DNA from: Rickettsiaceae bacterium
GTDB taxonomy: Bacteria; Pseudomonadota; Alphaproteobacteria; Rickettsiales; Rickettsiaceae
NCBI GenBank assembly: GCA_017995275.1
Contig: JAGOJE010000001.1
Location: forward strand, 1-29,607
Direction of reading: 5' to 3'
Length of the DNA stretch: 29,607 nucleotides
Shown here: positions 16,801 to 25,623 of the stretch, piece by piece
How positions within the stretch are numbered: the stretch's first letter is position 1
How the letters are laid out: each line of letters starts with the position of its first letter
Notes under the pieces: model-generated
The model's database searches: none
What the model saw: the letters and a program-made list of their open reading frames with translations, nothing else
What the model was told of the DNA's origin: nothing
Program-made: the position numbers and the translations under genes

Positions 16801-18580
16801 TGATATTAGAGAGCACCACCCTTTTATCTATCGAACAAATATTGGCAGCAGTATCTATATTGAGCATCTTGAGATTAATACTGCCTAAATCAAGATTCTG
16901 CATATCCGTCTCTGTGCCTGTATGCGTTATGTCGATAGAGGTAGATACTTCATCCAGCAAAACTCTTTTTATGATGAATCCATCTAAAGCATCTCCTACA
17001 TAATTTATTCCGGCAAGCTCAACATATTTATATAGTCCTGGATTGATATTACTAATAGTAAGGCTATTTATTTTAGACGTAGTATAATTAGCCTCGTTAC
17101 CAAATATACTTCCAGCAGGTCCGCTTGTTGAAGCATTATAAACAGGAATAGGGTTAGTTAGATCGCTCCATTCTGTAAAAGAAAGAGAATCGGATAAGAA
17201 ACGAATGCAATACCTCCAGTTGCCGGACTTTATTGCCCCTCCAGACTGAAACTGCTCTTTAAAAGCAATTGTTGATCGATGCTGTGATGATATCAACATT
17301 GTTTCATCTGCAACGGTCTCGTAAGAATAATGTCCATTAGGGTTGTTATAAACAATTGCTCCGTCCAAATCACCGGTCGTACCTCCCCATACAGAATTAG
17401 AAAAAATGCCACCTAATGGTCTTTGATAATAAAAGCATCTTGGCTTATCACACTCGCTCGCCCAATACAAAGAATCTTTTTTTGCCGTCCTGTCTCCTGT
17501 TCTAAAATCGGGCTGATACTGCTTTCTGAAATTCCATTGCTTTGTTCTAAGAAGCCGAGTATAAGTCCATTGATCTGTTTCGATATTTTTCTGCGCCACA
17601 CCAATATCCCCTACCGATTCATTGTATATAGTTACTTTACCTCCTGTAGTATAAGCGGTGAATCCGGTTGTAATATTATAATACTCATTAAGCTCAATAG
17701 TATTTGCATTAATAACTGTAATTATAAATATTCCATTAGGAGATTGAATAGGAGTTCCCGTATATACAATTTCACTTGTAGTTATAGACATACCTGTAGT
17801 AAGGCCATGATCAGCAACCGTAAGTCTATACTTATTACCTACAACCGTAACGTTCGTTACTATACCTATATCTGTTGGAAGGTTATTAGAAGAGGTACTT
17901 AATATGTACTCGTCCCCTAACAGATCATGACCGGCTATAAGATTATTCGGACCTGCAAGGGATTGATCGTACGCTTCTTTTATAACTACCGTTGTAAGTC
18001 TTGGGTCTGTAACCAGAGGAACAGGATGAGATACTCCAAATCGAGTTGCTATCAAATTCCAGTCATATCCAGGTATACCTGTTAATTCAAGATCAATATA
18101 CCCTTCCCCTGTAGTCCCATTGCCCGAAGTAATAGTTCCCGATATAGTATAATTACCCGATCCAAAGAAACCATCTAACCCTTGCCCGGCTACTCCGCTT
18201 GTTTTAAGATAATTCGCCTGATCAATAGCATCCTCTCCGGTAGTCATTGGGAAAATAAATAACTTATGCGGTGCCGTAGGATATGCACTAGGGTCGTTCA
18301 TCAACCCTCCATTCTGATCATATATATACAGAGTGCCGGACAAACTTGTATTTCCCCAAAAAGTATATATTCTTATTTTTTTATTCTGAACGGCAACGCT
18401 GCCAATATCAAAAGCATACTTATTCCCCTTTACAGGAATATGAGAAGTAGTGCTGGTGGTATCATTAGTAAGCGCTTCAACATTTAATGCATCGACATAA
18501 TTCTCAACATCTCTATTCTCGTAAGATGTATCCTTATCAAGCACTCCCTGAAAACCTATTTTTTGTAATAGTTTCGACAT
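13811..18580 (-). CDS. Tail muzzle/nozzle (tail stabilisation, P22 gp10-like; crAss muzzle type)
   Basis: 1589 aa. N-terminal FQGVLDKDTS...YVDALNV, internal YQDP...GYMDNETYRF and C-terminal RLKGRWMKV. Lies between portal and rings. Confidence 0.8.
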   Translation of the reverse strand: MSKLLQKIGFQGVLDKDTSYENRDVENYVDALNVEALTNDTTSTTSHIPVKGNKYAFDIGSVAVQNKKIRIYTFWGNTSLSGTLYIYDQNGGLMNDPSAYPTAPHKLFIFPMTTGEDAIDQANYLKTSGVAGQGLDGFFGSGNYTISGTITSGNGTTGEGYIDLELTGIPGYDWNLIATRFGVSHPVPLVTDPRLTTVVIKEAYDQSLAGPNNLIAGHDLLGDEYILSTSSNNLPTDIGIVTNVTVVGNKYRLTVADHGLTTGMSITTSEIVYTGTPIQSPNGIFIITVINANTIELNEYYNITTGFTAYTTGGKVTIYNESVGDIGVAQKNIETDQWTYTRLLRTKQWNFRKQYQPDFRTGDRTAKKDSLYWASECDKPRCFYYQRPLGGIFSNSVWGGTTGDLDGAIVYNNPNGHYSYETVADETMLISSQHRSTIAFKEQFQSGGAIKSGNWRYCIRFLSDSLSFTEWSDLTNPIPVYNASTSGPAGSIFGNEANYTTSKINSLTISNINPGLYKYVELAGINYVGDALDGFIIKRVLLDEVSTSIDITHTGTETDMQNLDLGSINLKMLNIDTAANICSIDKRVVLSNITLLQERDLSAFAASIKHSLEKYPIPATVDAVDGSLKYGEYQDPHIVNAKVGYMDNETYRFSCELRDRLTGLWTKSFWVDDITFNCNATTADGRRLSGLPSFDLTSLSMAGYIEGVYSTTIAFQWDNDYIIDGFKIRDLYDAIRFKRAECVPEILACGLSIASVWGTDFVGQTGTSAPSDNILGYIGGTVSTDIGEYPFVSGRSNVNGSSAGNNPTYPGNAWAANRNFISLYSPEILYGGVNISYSSGDYIYNYGNPYTYSTTNNILKTAGEIQANMRCYSGTTIKTQASPPALVPVADCLLMGPGSLHLFSGITFYKVIILVRQSTIINNKTYTRKSLVIRSNSSFNNESIYSDYGGYYTQYYRPLTNKYGNKETTKYVSTGHFSSIAISSPRYQESNVFGGDTFTELFYYNHREPADGSQGISGFGGGIAFYCQTRLNYQMRNKRSSQTLIYPECSKADWLQTSGDLDGDYNSGYTIRNQVKTDIAFDPNIDNNSSLPATIIYSEIKNAGSSQDGWRTFLPLSRHDLDLSDGQITNHIPFNGELLTLQPKKNQRQYFNTRGTLKTSNSDILVGDGSVMSRDGVTITNYGCSHKWSVIIGKSEGGNDTAYWIDSINRKSLRLAADGTATLSDIRGMKSFFANNLTWVKDKDNPVNGRGICGVWYDRKGEAIWTIKAKNELTSTFAFSIGYPEGTVVFYKKGNYLIVKFSSATGLFTLNETVTGGTSGATGTMQSTNDVETLAIGGTITGTFVVGETITGGTSGQSAVILSIEQVSADPFQEIGDAYESLVTAGNFDRQPDICYNFWKKASDGKAANYYSIVYSEAKKGFTCFLTPKPNIYLKWQNTYLTPRPINPVSYVYEERIGTELTWYENSGISQTERGHIEGVVNNVQEGTVWFEALRVLSDIIPLKLLFKTQTEESYLDSNEMRSVEDYFESAIKNNSTFSSSNILSKNNMRTSRLKGRWMKVKMLFEVGVYQRLVNIIVKYSGSSRLINK
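14500..14670 (-). repeat. Two 36-aa-spaced F-x-x-(N/G)-ET(V/I)TGGTSG repeats in the muzzle protein
   Basis: FTLNETVTGGTSGATG and FVVGETITGGTSGQSA; DNA cores at 14622-14647 and 14514-14539, 108 nt apart. Confidence 0.85.
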
Positions 18581-18593
18581 GGCGGGGCTCTTA

Positions 18594-20783
18594 TTATTCT
18601 AATTGTTGAAGTTGCTGGTTCTTTATTTCTCCCTTCATGGCATCTCTTAATATACCGCCACGAACGGTCTGATCAGTACGTGAACTTTGTCCGTCCTGTT
18701 CCATTTTTTTCTTTTGAAGGTCCGCCTGCATCTCTTGTGCAAGAAGAGCCTGCTGTTGTTGCGCCTGCATAGCTTGTTGCGCCTGCATCTTTTGCTCCCT
18801 TTTATTTTCAAAATATTCAAGATCATTCTCTAATTCAGTCAGCGTATTTGCCTTTATGAGAGATACAGCCTCTCTCATATCCACTTCTCCTCTCTGCGCT
18901 TTGCCAAGCATTACCTGGCTTATCAATTGTTTTTGAGATTCACTTATAGAATCTTTCAATGTTATATCAATAAGGCAGTCTTCAAACCTGGTATCTTTAA
19001 TGATCTTCATCATTTTCTCTCCCCTTACGCCAACTACAAAATCCATATTGTGATTGCCACTGGCAATCAGTAGCCTGCCCATATTTATAGCATGATTGAG
19101 AGCAAGTGTGTTTAACTTAAACAGGTTATACCACATATATCCCATCCCTTGACTGGCTAGGCTGGTTGTATTTTGTTGCACTCCAAGCCCTATCACCTGC
19201 TTTTGCATTCCCTGAGCTATCTTAGGAAGGTTCAATAATTCTTCTATCTGCCTTTCCAAATCCATAGAGAGTTGAATGTAAGCAGTAACATTAGGGTCTA
19301 ATGTCATATCAACACTTTGAACAACTTTCCCTTTTCCATTAGAATCACCGGCTTCTCCGGAAGTGCCAATGATAACATCTACACCCATGGTAGAGAGATT
19401 GGTAACAAGTTCTTTTACACTCTTGTTTATCTCATTACCGATAAAAACATGGCACTTGCCTTTGCTCTTCCCTACCGATTCGCTGATCTTAGTTTGATAC
19501 AAATCCATTTTGTCAACCATATCAGCTACAGTTCCTATAATGCTTATGCCATCACCCTGAACGATATTGCCATTTAAAACAAAAATGGGTAGCTGAACAT
19601 TTCTTTTATCCCCGTACGCCCTTACCACATTTTTTTCATATCCATAATCTGCCAGCCATTTATTACCTATGACAACAGCTTTGTGCAAATCATTAATAAT
19701 ATATTCTCCTCCATTCTTTTTATTTACTGTTTTACTTATATGCTTATTTCCGTATTTATCAATTGCTTTGTTGTATTCAGTATCTCTTGGAGCGTTCCAA
19801 AACATAGTCACTTTAGCAACATATACTTCATTTCCCCTTTGCTCTATCCAGTTAATATTTCCGAATGAATTATGTACCAATGTAAGTTGAGTGCAATACT
19901 CCCCATCACTAATCACCTTCATCATATCCTCCTTATCCTTTTTAGATATGTTCAAAGAGCGGTCGTCTAATACTTTCACCAAAGGCAAGTACTCTATAAA
20001 ACCGGCAAAGCGCCCATCTCTTATAAACGGATCTTCTGACGTATAATCATAAATAAGATTATAAAAAGGGATTCTCTTTTGCTTAATTATGCCGGCATCT
20101 ACATAATTATAAACACCCATGTAATTTGCCGTGGCAAAATCCTGTATAAACGATTGTACATAAAATGTATTTACATCATTTATCCATTCTATATGAGTGC
20201 CTATATCTGTAGCGTACAATTCGAGGCTGTCTTTAAAATCATAGGCCATCCATTTTTCAGCCTCCTCCTTACTCTTAAACTCCCTTCCGCCGGCAGGAAC
20301 ATACTCAACTCCTATTTCCTGCAACTTATTATTAATATACTGAAAGCGATTGTCGTACTTAAACATAAGGTCTTCCCACATCTTCAGCCGCTCATTCTGA
20401 GCCCTTTCGCTTAAAGACTTAGCGCTGATCTTTTTGGTAGATAGCTGCTCTAAGAATTGGGAGCCCATGCGCTCAACCATATTCTTAACCTTCTTTGAAT
20501 TTACCCAAAGTGGTTGCAAGGTGTTGCCTGTTCCATCATTTACAATATGATTGTAATTAATGTTGCTTTGCTTACCTACTAAGTATTTTGAATTGCGAAG
20601 CCCCCTTTCTAATACAGATATATTCTCCGCAGGCCTGTCATCATTTTTAACAGAAGGAGTATAATTATAATAGGTTGAAAAATAGCGGACCGACTGCATC
20701 CAGTAATTATTCCCGGAAAACTTTTCTTTTTCAGAAATAAACCAATTAGGCGCGTTGTATGATATTTTTTCTGATTCGTTCAT
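18594..20783 (-). CDS. Portal protein
   Basis: 729 aa with a helical core and a Gln-rich C-terminal barrel (QAQQAMQAQQQQALLAQ). Size, composition and position in the head-tail module fit crAss-like portals. Confidence 0.82.
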   Translation of the reverse strand: MNESEKISYNAPNWFISEKEKFSGNNYWMQSVRYFSTYYNYTPSVKNDDRPAENISVLERGLRNSKYLVGKQSNINYNHIVNDGTGNTLQPLWVNSKKVKNMVERMGSQFLEQLSTKKISAKSLSERAQNERLKMWEDLMFKYDNRFQYINNKLQEIGVEYVPAGGREFKSKEEAEKWMAYDFKDSLELYATDIGTHIEWINDVNTFYVQSFIQDFATANYMGVYNYVDAGIIKQKRIPFYNLIYDYTSEDPFIRDGRFAGFIEYLPLVKVLDDRSLNISKKDKEDMMKVISDGEYCTQLTLVHNSFGNINWIEQRGNEVYVAKVTMFWNAPRDTEYNKAIDKYGNKHISKTVNKKNGGEYIINDLHKAVVIGNKWLADYGYEKNVVRAYGDKRNVQLPIFVLNGNIVQGDGISIIGTVADMVDKMDLYQTKISESVGKSKGKCHVFIGNEINKSVKELVTNLSTMGVDVIIGTSGEAGDSNGKGKVVQSVDMTLDPNVTAYIQLSMDLERQIEELLNLPKIAQGMQKQVIGLGVQQNTTSLASQGMGYMWYNLFKLNTLALNHAINMGRLLIASGNHNMDFVVGVRGEKMMKIIKDTRFEDCLIDITLKDSISESQKQLISQVMLGKAQRGEVDMREAVSLIKANTLTELENDLEYFENKREQKMQAQQAMQAQQQQALLAQEMQADLQKKKMEQDGQSSRTDQTVRGGILRDAMKGEIKNQQLQQLE

Positions 20784-20784
20784 G

Positions 20785-20820
20785 CAAAAAAGCCCCTACT
20801 AAAAAAAATGCAAGGGCTTT
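20785..20820 (-). terminator. Intrinsic terminator/attenuator hairpin immediately before the portal AUG
   Basis: Minus-strand RNA AAAGCCCUUGC-AUUUUUUUUA-GUAGGGGCUUU forms an 11-bp stem with 2 G-U pairs (these become mismatches on the plus strand). A U6 tract and GC-AUG follow. Confidence 0.7.
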
Positions 20821-20858
20821 AATTAATTATTTAAACACAAAAAATTATGCGTTCATTT

Positions 20859-21908
20859 TCACGCTTGCCCTGCCATTTCTGCTTTTTTCTTTTCAATTAC
20901 AGCGTCCTCTATCTTTTGTTTCAATGTCTCTTTAGATATGGTCACAATCTGCCATCCTTTCACTCCCAAGGCTTTTGCCTGCTCTCTAAGTGGCCTTAAC
21001 TCATCTTGTCTCATCATCTCTAAATCGTGCTCCTCTCTCACCCTAGCATCGCGCTCAGCCTGGCTAACTTCTTTGCTTTTCAACGCCTCTTTAGGCACCA
21101 CGCTTTTTTCTTTAACATCTCCAAGCAATTCACTTACATCAATATCATCTTCGCTGCCTAATGGTAAAACGTCTCTATCTCTCACCTCTCTTTCAATAAA
21201 TCCTTCGTATATTTTTTTGTTGTCTTTGAAATAAGCAACCATGTCATTAACGTTTCTTCCCACTTGCTCTTGTCCTGCATAGTATAGCCCGTTTCTGTTT
21301 TCTATAATTCCCATAGACAATGCCTTTTGAACGTTTACAATAATATCCCTATCAGGGTTTTGAAACATTCTTATAGCATCTTCAGGGTCATGCATTAAAA
21401 TTCCAAGTTCAGTTCCGGGAACAACAGAGCATAATTTCAAATAAATCTGTTCTGCCGTTAAACTAGAAGCATCATGCCCGAACAAATAAGCGATATTCTT
21501 CATATCATTTATCTTCATATTGCTCACCATATTGGCAACAACTTGCATATACTTATTACGCCTTACGTTCTTAGCAATGTCTTTATAAATATCAATGATC
21601 TCATAATAAGGAGTTGCCAGGCAATTGGTATTGCCATCACATTTACACAAATTATGTCTTTTCAACTTATCAATCCACATGACTTGCTCATGCACGGTAT
21701 CATCATAAGCAATCTCTAATCTGTTCATCTTGCCGTCAAAAACAAATTGATATAACTTTTCATCCTTGGTAATATCTCTATTCATGGCAAGTTTCCAATT
21801 GGCTAAAAGGTGCACATTCTGATTGCTATGCTTGTCATAATAACTTCCGGAGAAGGTTAATGCGTGTGATGATTTTTTAAATGGTTGTAAGATGATTTTT
21901 CTGATCAT
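20859..21908 (-). CDS. Conserved capsid-gene-linked protein of crAss-like phages (gene 75-type) with C-terminal Rho-N/HeH-like domain
   Basis: 349 aa with DP...VQKALSMGIIE...LYYAG..QVG...VAYFKDNK. C-terminal LRPLREQAKALGVKGWQIVTISKETLKQKIEDA. Confidence 0.6.
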   Translation of the reverse strand: MIRKIILQPFKKSSHALTFSGSYYDKHSNQNVHLLANWKLAMNRDITKDEKLYQFVFDGKMNRLEIAYDDTVHEQVMWIDKLKRHNLCKCDGNTNCLATPYYEIIDIYKDIAKNVRRNKYMQVVANMVSNMKINDMKNIAYLFGHDASSLTAEQIYLKLCSVVPGTELGILMHDPEDAIRMFQNPDRDIIVNVQKALSMGIIENRNGLYYAGQEQVGRNVNDMVAYFKDNKKIYEGFIEREVRDRDVLPLGSEDDIDVSELLGDVKEKSVVPKEALKSKEVSQAERDARVREEHDLEMMRQDELRPLREQAKALGVKGWQIVTISKETLKQKIEDAVIEKKKAEMAGQA

Positions 21909-21921
21909 TGGTTTTATTTAT

Positions 21922-21962
21922 AAAAATTACATGGGCAGGAAAAATATCCCACCCATGTAATT
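21922..21962 (-). terminator. Strong intrinsic terminator after the capsid gene pair
   Basis: Perfect 11-bp arms AATTACATGGG/CCCATGTAATT, extended to about 16 bp by G-U-containing pairs on the minus-strand RNA. Loop UAUUUU, U-tract at the 3' end, 10 nt after the stop at 21973. Confidence 0.85.
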
Positions 21963-21972
21963 AAGTTGCTTT

Positions 21973-22992
21973 TTACATAGCTGCTGAACTTGCGATAGTA
22001 GCAGTATCCGAACCGCTATCAGTCACAATGTTTTTGAATTTCTTCATCAACTCAGCATCAAAAGTTGCGAAGTTTGTAGCATACCCTGTAGAGGTTGAAG
22101 AAGCCGCTTCCTTCACCCATAGAGTATGAACAGAAGCTCCTACTTTTTCAGTTCTGTTAACTGCTGCATCATAGGTAACTTTATACGATTTGTACAATGC
22201 CCCTGAAGTTGCTTTCTCTCCTGCTGCAACAAGGTCCGCACCTTGTCCGTAAGCATAACCGGCTACTTTTACCACAGTAGCAGTAGTAGTTCCGGTAACG
22301 CCCGCAAGAGTTGTTTGACCGTCTACACTAGCAAGTGAAAACGTATTTGCCGCAAGATTGGTAGGGATAACACGGTATGTTCCGCTTGCAAGTTTTGCAT
22401 CATCAGCAGAAGTGATTGTGAGTATGCTTCCTACAGTTAATCCATGGGCCGTAGCAGTAAGTACTGAAGGATCCGCCACAGTGCTTGAAGCAATAGAAAC
22501 ACCTGCCATATTAGCGGCAACGGTTACATTGGTATTTCCTGATAAAGGAATCGCAATTAGCGGAGCTCCTTTTCCTGCAACCGCAGATACGGTTACAGAG
22601 TAACTACCTCCATGAACAGATACAGCGCTAAGCGGCTTAGAGTTGTTTACTATAAGAGCCAGATTAGTACCGATATCAGTATTAGAAGTAGATGCACCGG
22701 TAGTATAGCTGATAATGGATTGAACAATCTCTCCATTAGCTAATTGCTGAGTAACGGTGAACCTGTATTGTGTGTTTGCCGCACCACCTGTTGTCCAGCT
22801 AACAGTATACGATTGTACTGTTTCTGGGCGAGATGGTTTGCATATAACACTGTAAATGTCAGGATACAAAAACTCCGGAGTTACTGTTCCGTTGTTTGCA
22901 TCATTAGAGATTTTTAGTTTGCGTGCTGCAAGGGTAACATCTGCTGCCCCGCTTGCAATTGTGTCTAACACGCTGCTTGATATAGTATTCAT
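21973..22992 (-). CDS. Auxiliary capsid/decoration protein with an inserted FCCH-like domain
   Basis: 339 aa, Ala/Thr/Ser/Gly-rich beta protein directly after the MCP and before a strong terminator. Size and TDIGTNLALIVNN helix resemble crAss auxiliary capsid proteins. Confidence 0.65.
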   Translation of the reverse strand: MNTISSSVLDTIASGAADVTLAARKLKISNDANNGTVTPEFLYPDIYSVICKPSRPETVQSYTVSWTTGGAANTQYRFTVTQQLANGEIVQSIISYTTGASTSNTDIGTNLALIVNNSKPLSAVSVHGGSYSVTVSAVAGKGAPLIAIPLSGNTNVTVAANMAGVSIASSTVADPSVLTATAHGLTVGSILTITSADDAKLASGTYRVIPTNLAANTFSLASVDGQTTLAGVTGTTTATVVKVAGYAYGQGADLVAAGEKATSGALYKSYKVTYDAAVNRTEKVGASVHTLWVKEAASSTSTGYATNFATFDAELMKKFKNIVTDSGSDTATIASSAAM

Positions 22993-23018
22993 TTTTATTC
23001 TTTTTTAAAGTGTTAATG

Positions 23019-24380
23019 TTATCGAACCACATTATAGTAGTACATAGATGAAGCATCCACCACGTTTACACCGTTACGAACAATAGCATGGCATGAACGG
23101 CAATCGAGGTCAGTTGCAATATCTACAGCGTTTGCATTTACGTAGTTCATTTCTGTATAGTTAGAAGCATCTGCATCTGTCATTCCTTTGATGTATCCAA
23201 ATGACATTTCTTTATGGTAATAGAACATTTCCATAACCGGCTCAGTGCCTCCACCTACTCTGTCTACAGGGGATGTATCCATTACGAAGAATGAATTACT
23301 TTTTTTAGAACCTGTAAGTCCTGATATTTGTGTTAGATCGGCAGCAGATACCCCGAATTTTCCAGGATTATCAAACATAGGATCGTGAACAAATTTGCAG
23401 TTAACAAATCCGATAGAATAGAAAGGAACACTAAAGCCTTTCACTTCTTTACCTCCGAATGTGTTATTTATGCCGGACTGAGCTACGATAGGACCTAATA
23501 CAGATTGAATTTTAACAATGGCATTGATACCTCCAACAAAGGTTAATTCAGACAACCCCTTACCGCTTCTCATCTTAATATTTGATACTATCTCATTAAT
23601 TTTTGATAATGAAATTGAATCACTGGTAATAGGATCAACCATGCCGCCTCTGTTCTCAATAGACCAAAGGATACCTCCGTTAGAGTTAACAAGGCCCTTA
23701 TTTGTTGATATCTGATAGCCTCTTCTGCCCCATATAATTCTTTCTGCCACTTGTGCAGTTAGTCTTTGAAGCATATTTTTTTCTTGAGCAGCCCACCAGT
23801 TTTGCCCTTGATATTTTACAAAAGTTTCTTGCAAGTCTTCAGTAGTTATAACCTGACTATCACGAACCACATTGTAGCAGTTATAATCTTTATCTGGTAT
23901 ATAAGAAAGAGACTGAACACCTTGAGATGCTCTTGCCGCAGAGGCGTTTCCTAATACAGAGATGGTAGAATCTTTAATAAAATGAGTAGCCGCTACAAGA
24001 GCACCACTTGTAAATGGTTGAATAACTACCTGACCTGCTTGTTTAGTTTTAACCAAACCATCATAGTCATTGCTATCTCTAACTACATCACCTTCTCTAA
24101 ATAAATCATAAGAAGCATCTTTAAGAGTAACAATAAGGTCCGCTCCGGATTGAGCAACGGTATCAATAGCCGCAGCGATTGATAAATTACCCGATTTAGC
24201 TCTCCAGTATTGATCTGTATAAATTTGTTTGCCTGTCCATCCGTTCATTGCATAAATGATGGCAAGGGTTGGCATGTTGTACACATTTTGAGTTGCAACC
24301 ACAAACTCAAAAGGGTTGGGCGCATTTAGCGCATTTACCATCAACGATTGTTTTAATGGTAATGATTTAATATTTGACAT
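23019..24380 (-). CDS. Major capsid protein (HK97 fold, crAss-like)
   Basis: 453 aa with ERIIWGR...NSNGGILWSIE...LTFVGG...KGFSVPFYSIGFVNCKFVHDPMFDNP. Follows the acidic scaffold-like gene. Confidence 0.88.
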   Translation of the reverse strand: MSNIKSLPLKQSLMVNALNAPNPFEFVVATQNVYNMPTLAIIYAMNGWTGKQIYTDQYWRAKSGNLSIAAAIDTVAQSGADLIVTLKDASYDLFREGDVVRDSNDYDGLVKTKQAGQVVIQPFTSGALVAATHFIKDSTISVLGNASAARASQGVQSLSYIPDKDYNCYNVVRDSQVITTEDLQETFVKYQGQNWWAAQEKNMLQRLTAQVAERIIWGRRGYQISTNKGLVNSNGGILWSIENRGGMVDPITSDSISLSKINEIVSNIKMRSGKGLSELTFVGGINAIVKIQSVLGPIVAQSGINNTFGGKEVKGFSVPFYSIGFVNCKFVHDPMFDNPGKFGVSAADLTQISGLTGSKKSNSFFVMDTSPVDRVGGGTEPVMEMFYYHKEMSFGYIKGMTDADASNYTEMNYVNANAVDIATDLDCRSCHAIVRNGVNVVDASSMYYYNVVR

Positions 24381-24398
24381 GTATTTATTTCGTTTTAA

Positions 24399-25511
24399 TT
24401 ATTGTGTCAACCAATCAATTGCCTTCGTAGGCTTTTTATCGGTTGTTGAAGGCGCAGTGAATGATGGCTTGATATTCGAATCCGTTCTTTGGTATTCAGA
24501 CAACACCTTTTCTCTTTCATCTGCGCGAATGTTTTTTTCTGCCGTATCCCACATTAATTTTCTTAATTCGGGAACCGCTTCAAAACTTCTTTCAAATGCG
24601 AACTTTGTGTTGTAAGAGCCGTCTGATTTGTAAAAATTCTTATTGAAATCACCTAACATCATCTGCTTGACTTTCTCAAGCATAGGTTCAGTCATGGTAA
24701 CTCCGAAATACTTTTTACCCTTAACGCTATCAACGAACTGATTCATACTATCTATTGCCTTATCTCTCCACTCGTTATTTTTATTGATAGCAGCCTGGTT
24801 GCTTTCTGAGTATTTTGCGAACCGCGCTGCATCTTCTTTCTTTAGTCTATCTCTTTCATCTTCAGTTTCCAATGCTTTTTTAGCTCTGCTAAGGCCTTTA
24901 AAGCCTTCCATCTCCTCAGCCACCACATCGTCTAATGATTTACCTGCTTTTTTATCTTCATCCGTAAGGCGTATGGTTCTCCTTAGTTTTGATTCATATA
25001 ATTGCTCGTAACTAAGAGCTTCGGCATCTACACCGGATAACTCTTTAAGAATGGTCGTAACATCTTTACCGGCTTTTCTACCTGTGTGGATAGCCTTTAT
25101 AAGGTCGTCTTGTATCAACTCTTCATATTGAGACTGCTTGCTTTTTAATTCATTTAATTGACTTTCAATTTCTTTTTGCTTAGAAAGCTCTTGATCAGGC
25201 GCAACTTCATTTGCTTGGTCATTCTCTGGAGAATCCCAGTGCCTTTCAAACTTTTCTTTAGGCTGATCAGGAGTTTTATCTTTTTCATCAGCAGGTTTAT
25301 TTTCTAATACCGCTTCGTTTACCGGCTCAGCAGCAGGGGCAGGATTTGCCTTTAATGCAGGAACGCCCGGCTCTTCTTTATTCTCTTCATTATTCACAAC
25401 TACATCAGGAGTAGCGCCTTCTTCAGCAGCTAATAGATTGAAGTAATCCATAGCTGTTCTAGGTTGACTTTGTGTATCGTTTTGTGCAGGTTGAACTGTT
25501 TGAACGTTCAT
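24399..25511 (-). CDS. Putative capsid scaffolding/assembly protein
   Basis: 370 aa. Acidic, disordered N-terminus and coiled-coil middle; directly upstream of the MCP and first gene of the operon. Confidence 0.65.
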   Translation of the reverse strand: MNVQTVQPAQNDTQSQPRTAMDYFNLLAAEEGATPDVVVNNEENKEEPGVPALKANPAPAAEPVNEAVLENKPADEKDKTPDQPKEKFERHWDSPENDQANEVAPDQELSKQKEIESQLNELKSKQSQYEELIQDDLIKAIHTGRKAGKDVTTILKELSGVDAEALSYEQLYESKLRRTIRLTDEDKKAGKSLDDVVAEEMEGFKGLSRAKKALETEDERDRLKKEDAARFAKYSESNQAAINKNNEWRDKAIDSMNQFVDSVKGKKYFGVTMTEPMLEKVKQMMLGDFNKNFYKSDGSYNTKFAFERSFEAVPELRKLMWDTAEKNIRADEREKVLSEYQRTDSNIKPSFTAPSTTDKKPTKAIDWLTQ

Positions 25512-25532
25512 GAATAAATATTAGTTTATTCA

Positions 25533-25540
25533 CAAAATTA
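25533..25540 (-). promoter_or_regulatory. Bacteroidota -7 box (TAATTTTG) for the head-tail operon
   Basis: TAnnTTTG on the minus strand, 21 nt upstream of the scaffold ATG. Confidence 0.65.
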
Positions 25541-25581
25541 TATCTGTTGTTAATAATAATTGTTACACAAAAACATACAAT
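25533..25581. repeat. Dispersed intergenic regulatory repeat, copy 2
   Basis: 39/45 identical to 1279-1323. Confidence 0.85.
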
Positions 25582-25596
25582 GATATATTTTTTATA

Positions 25597-25604
25597 TACT
25601 TTTG
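25597..25604 (+). promoter_or_regulatory. Bacteroidota -7 box (TACTTTTG) for the HTH-terminase operon
   Basis: TAnnTTTG on the plus strand, 19 nt upstream of the ATG at 25624. Confidence 0.65.
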
Positions 25605-25623
25605 ATATAATAATACAAATCAA

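Noticed and set aside
20845-20856. Mini-ORF ATG-AAC-GCA-TAA (MNA*) upstream of the portal hairpin, as a possible attenuator leader
   Set aside because: Three codons in AT-rich DNA is expected by chance, and no alternative antiterminator pairing was evident.
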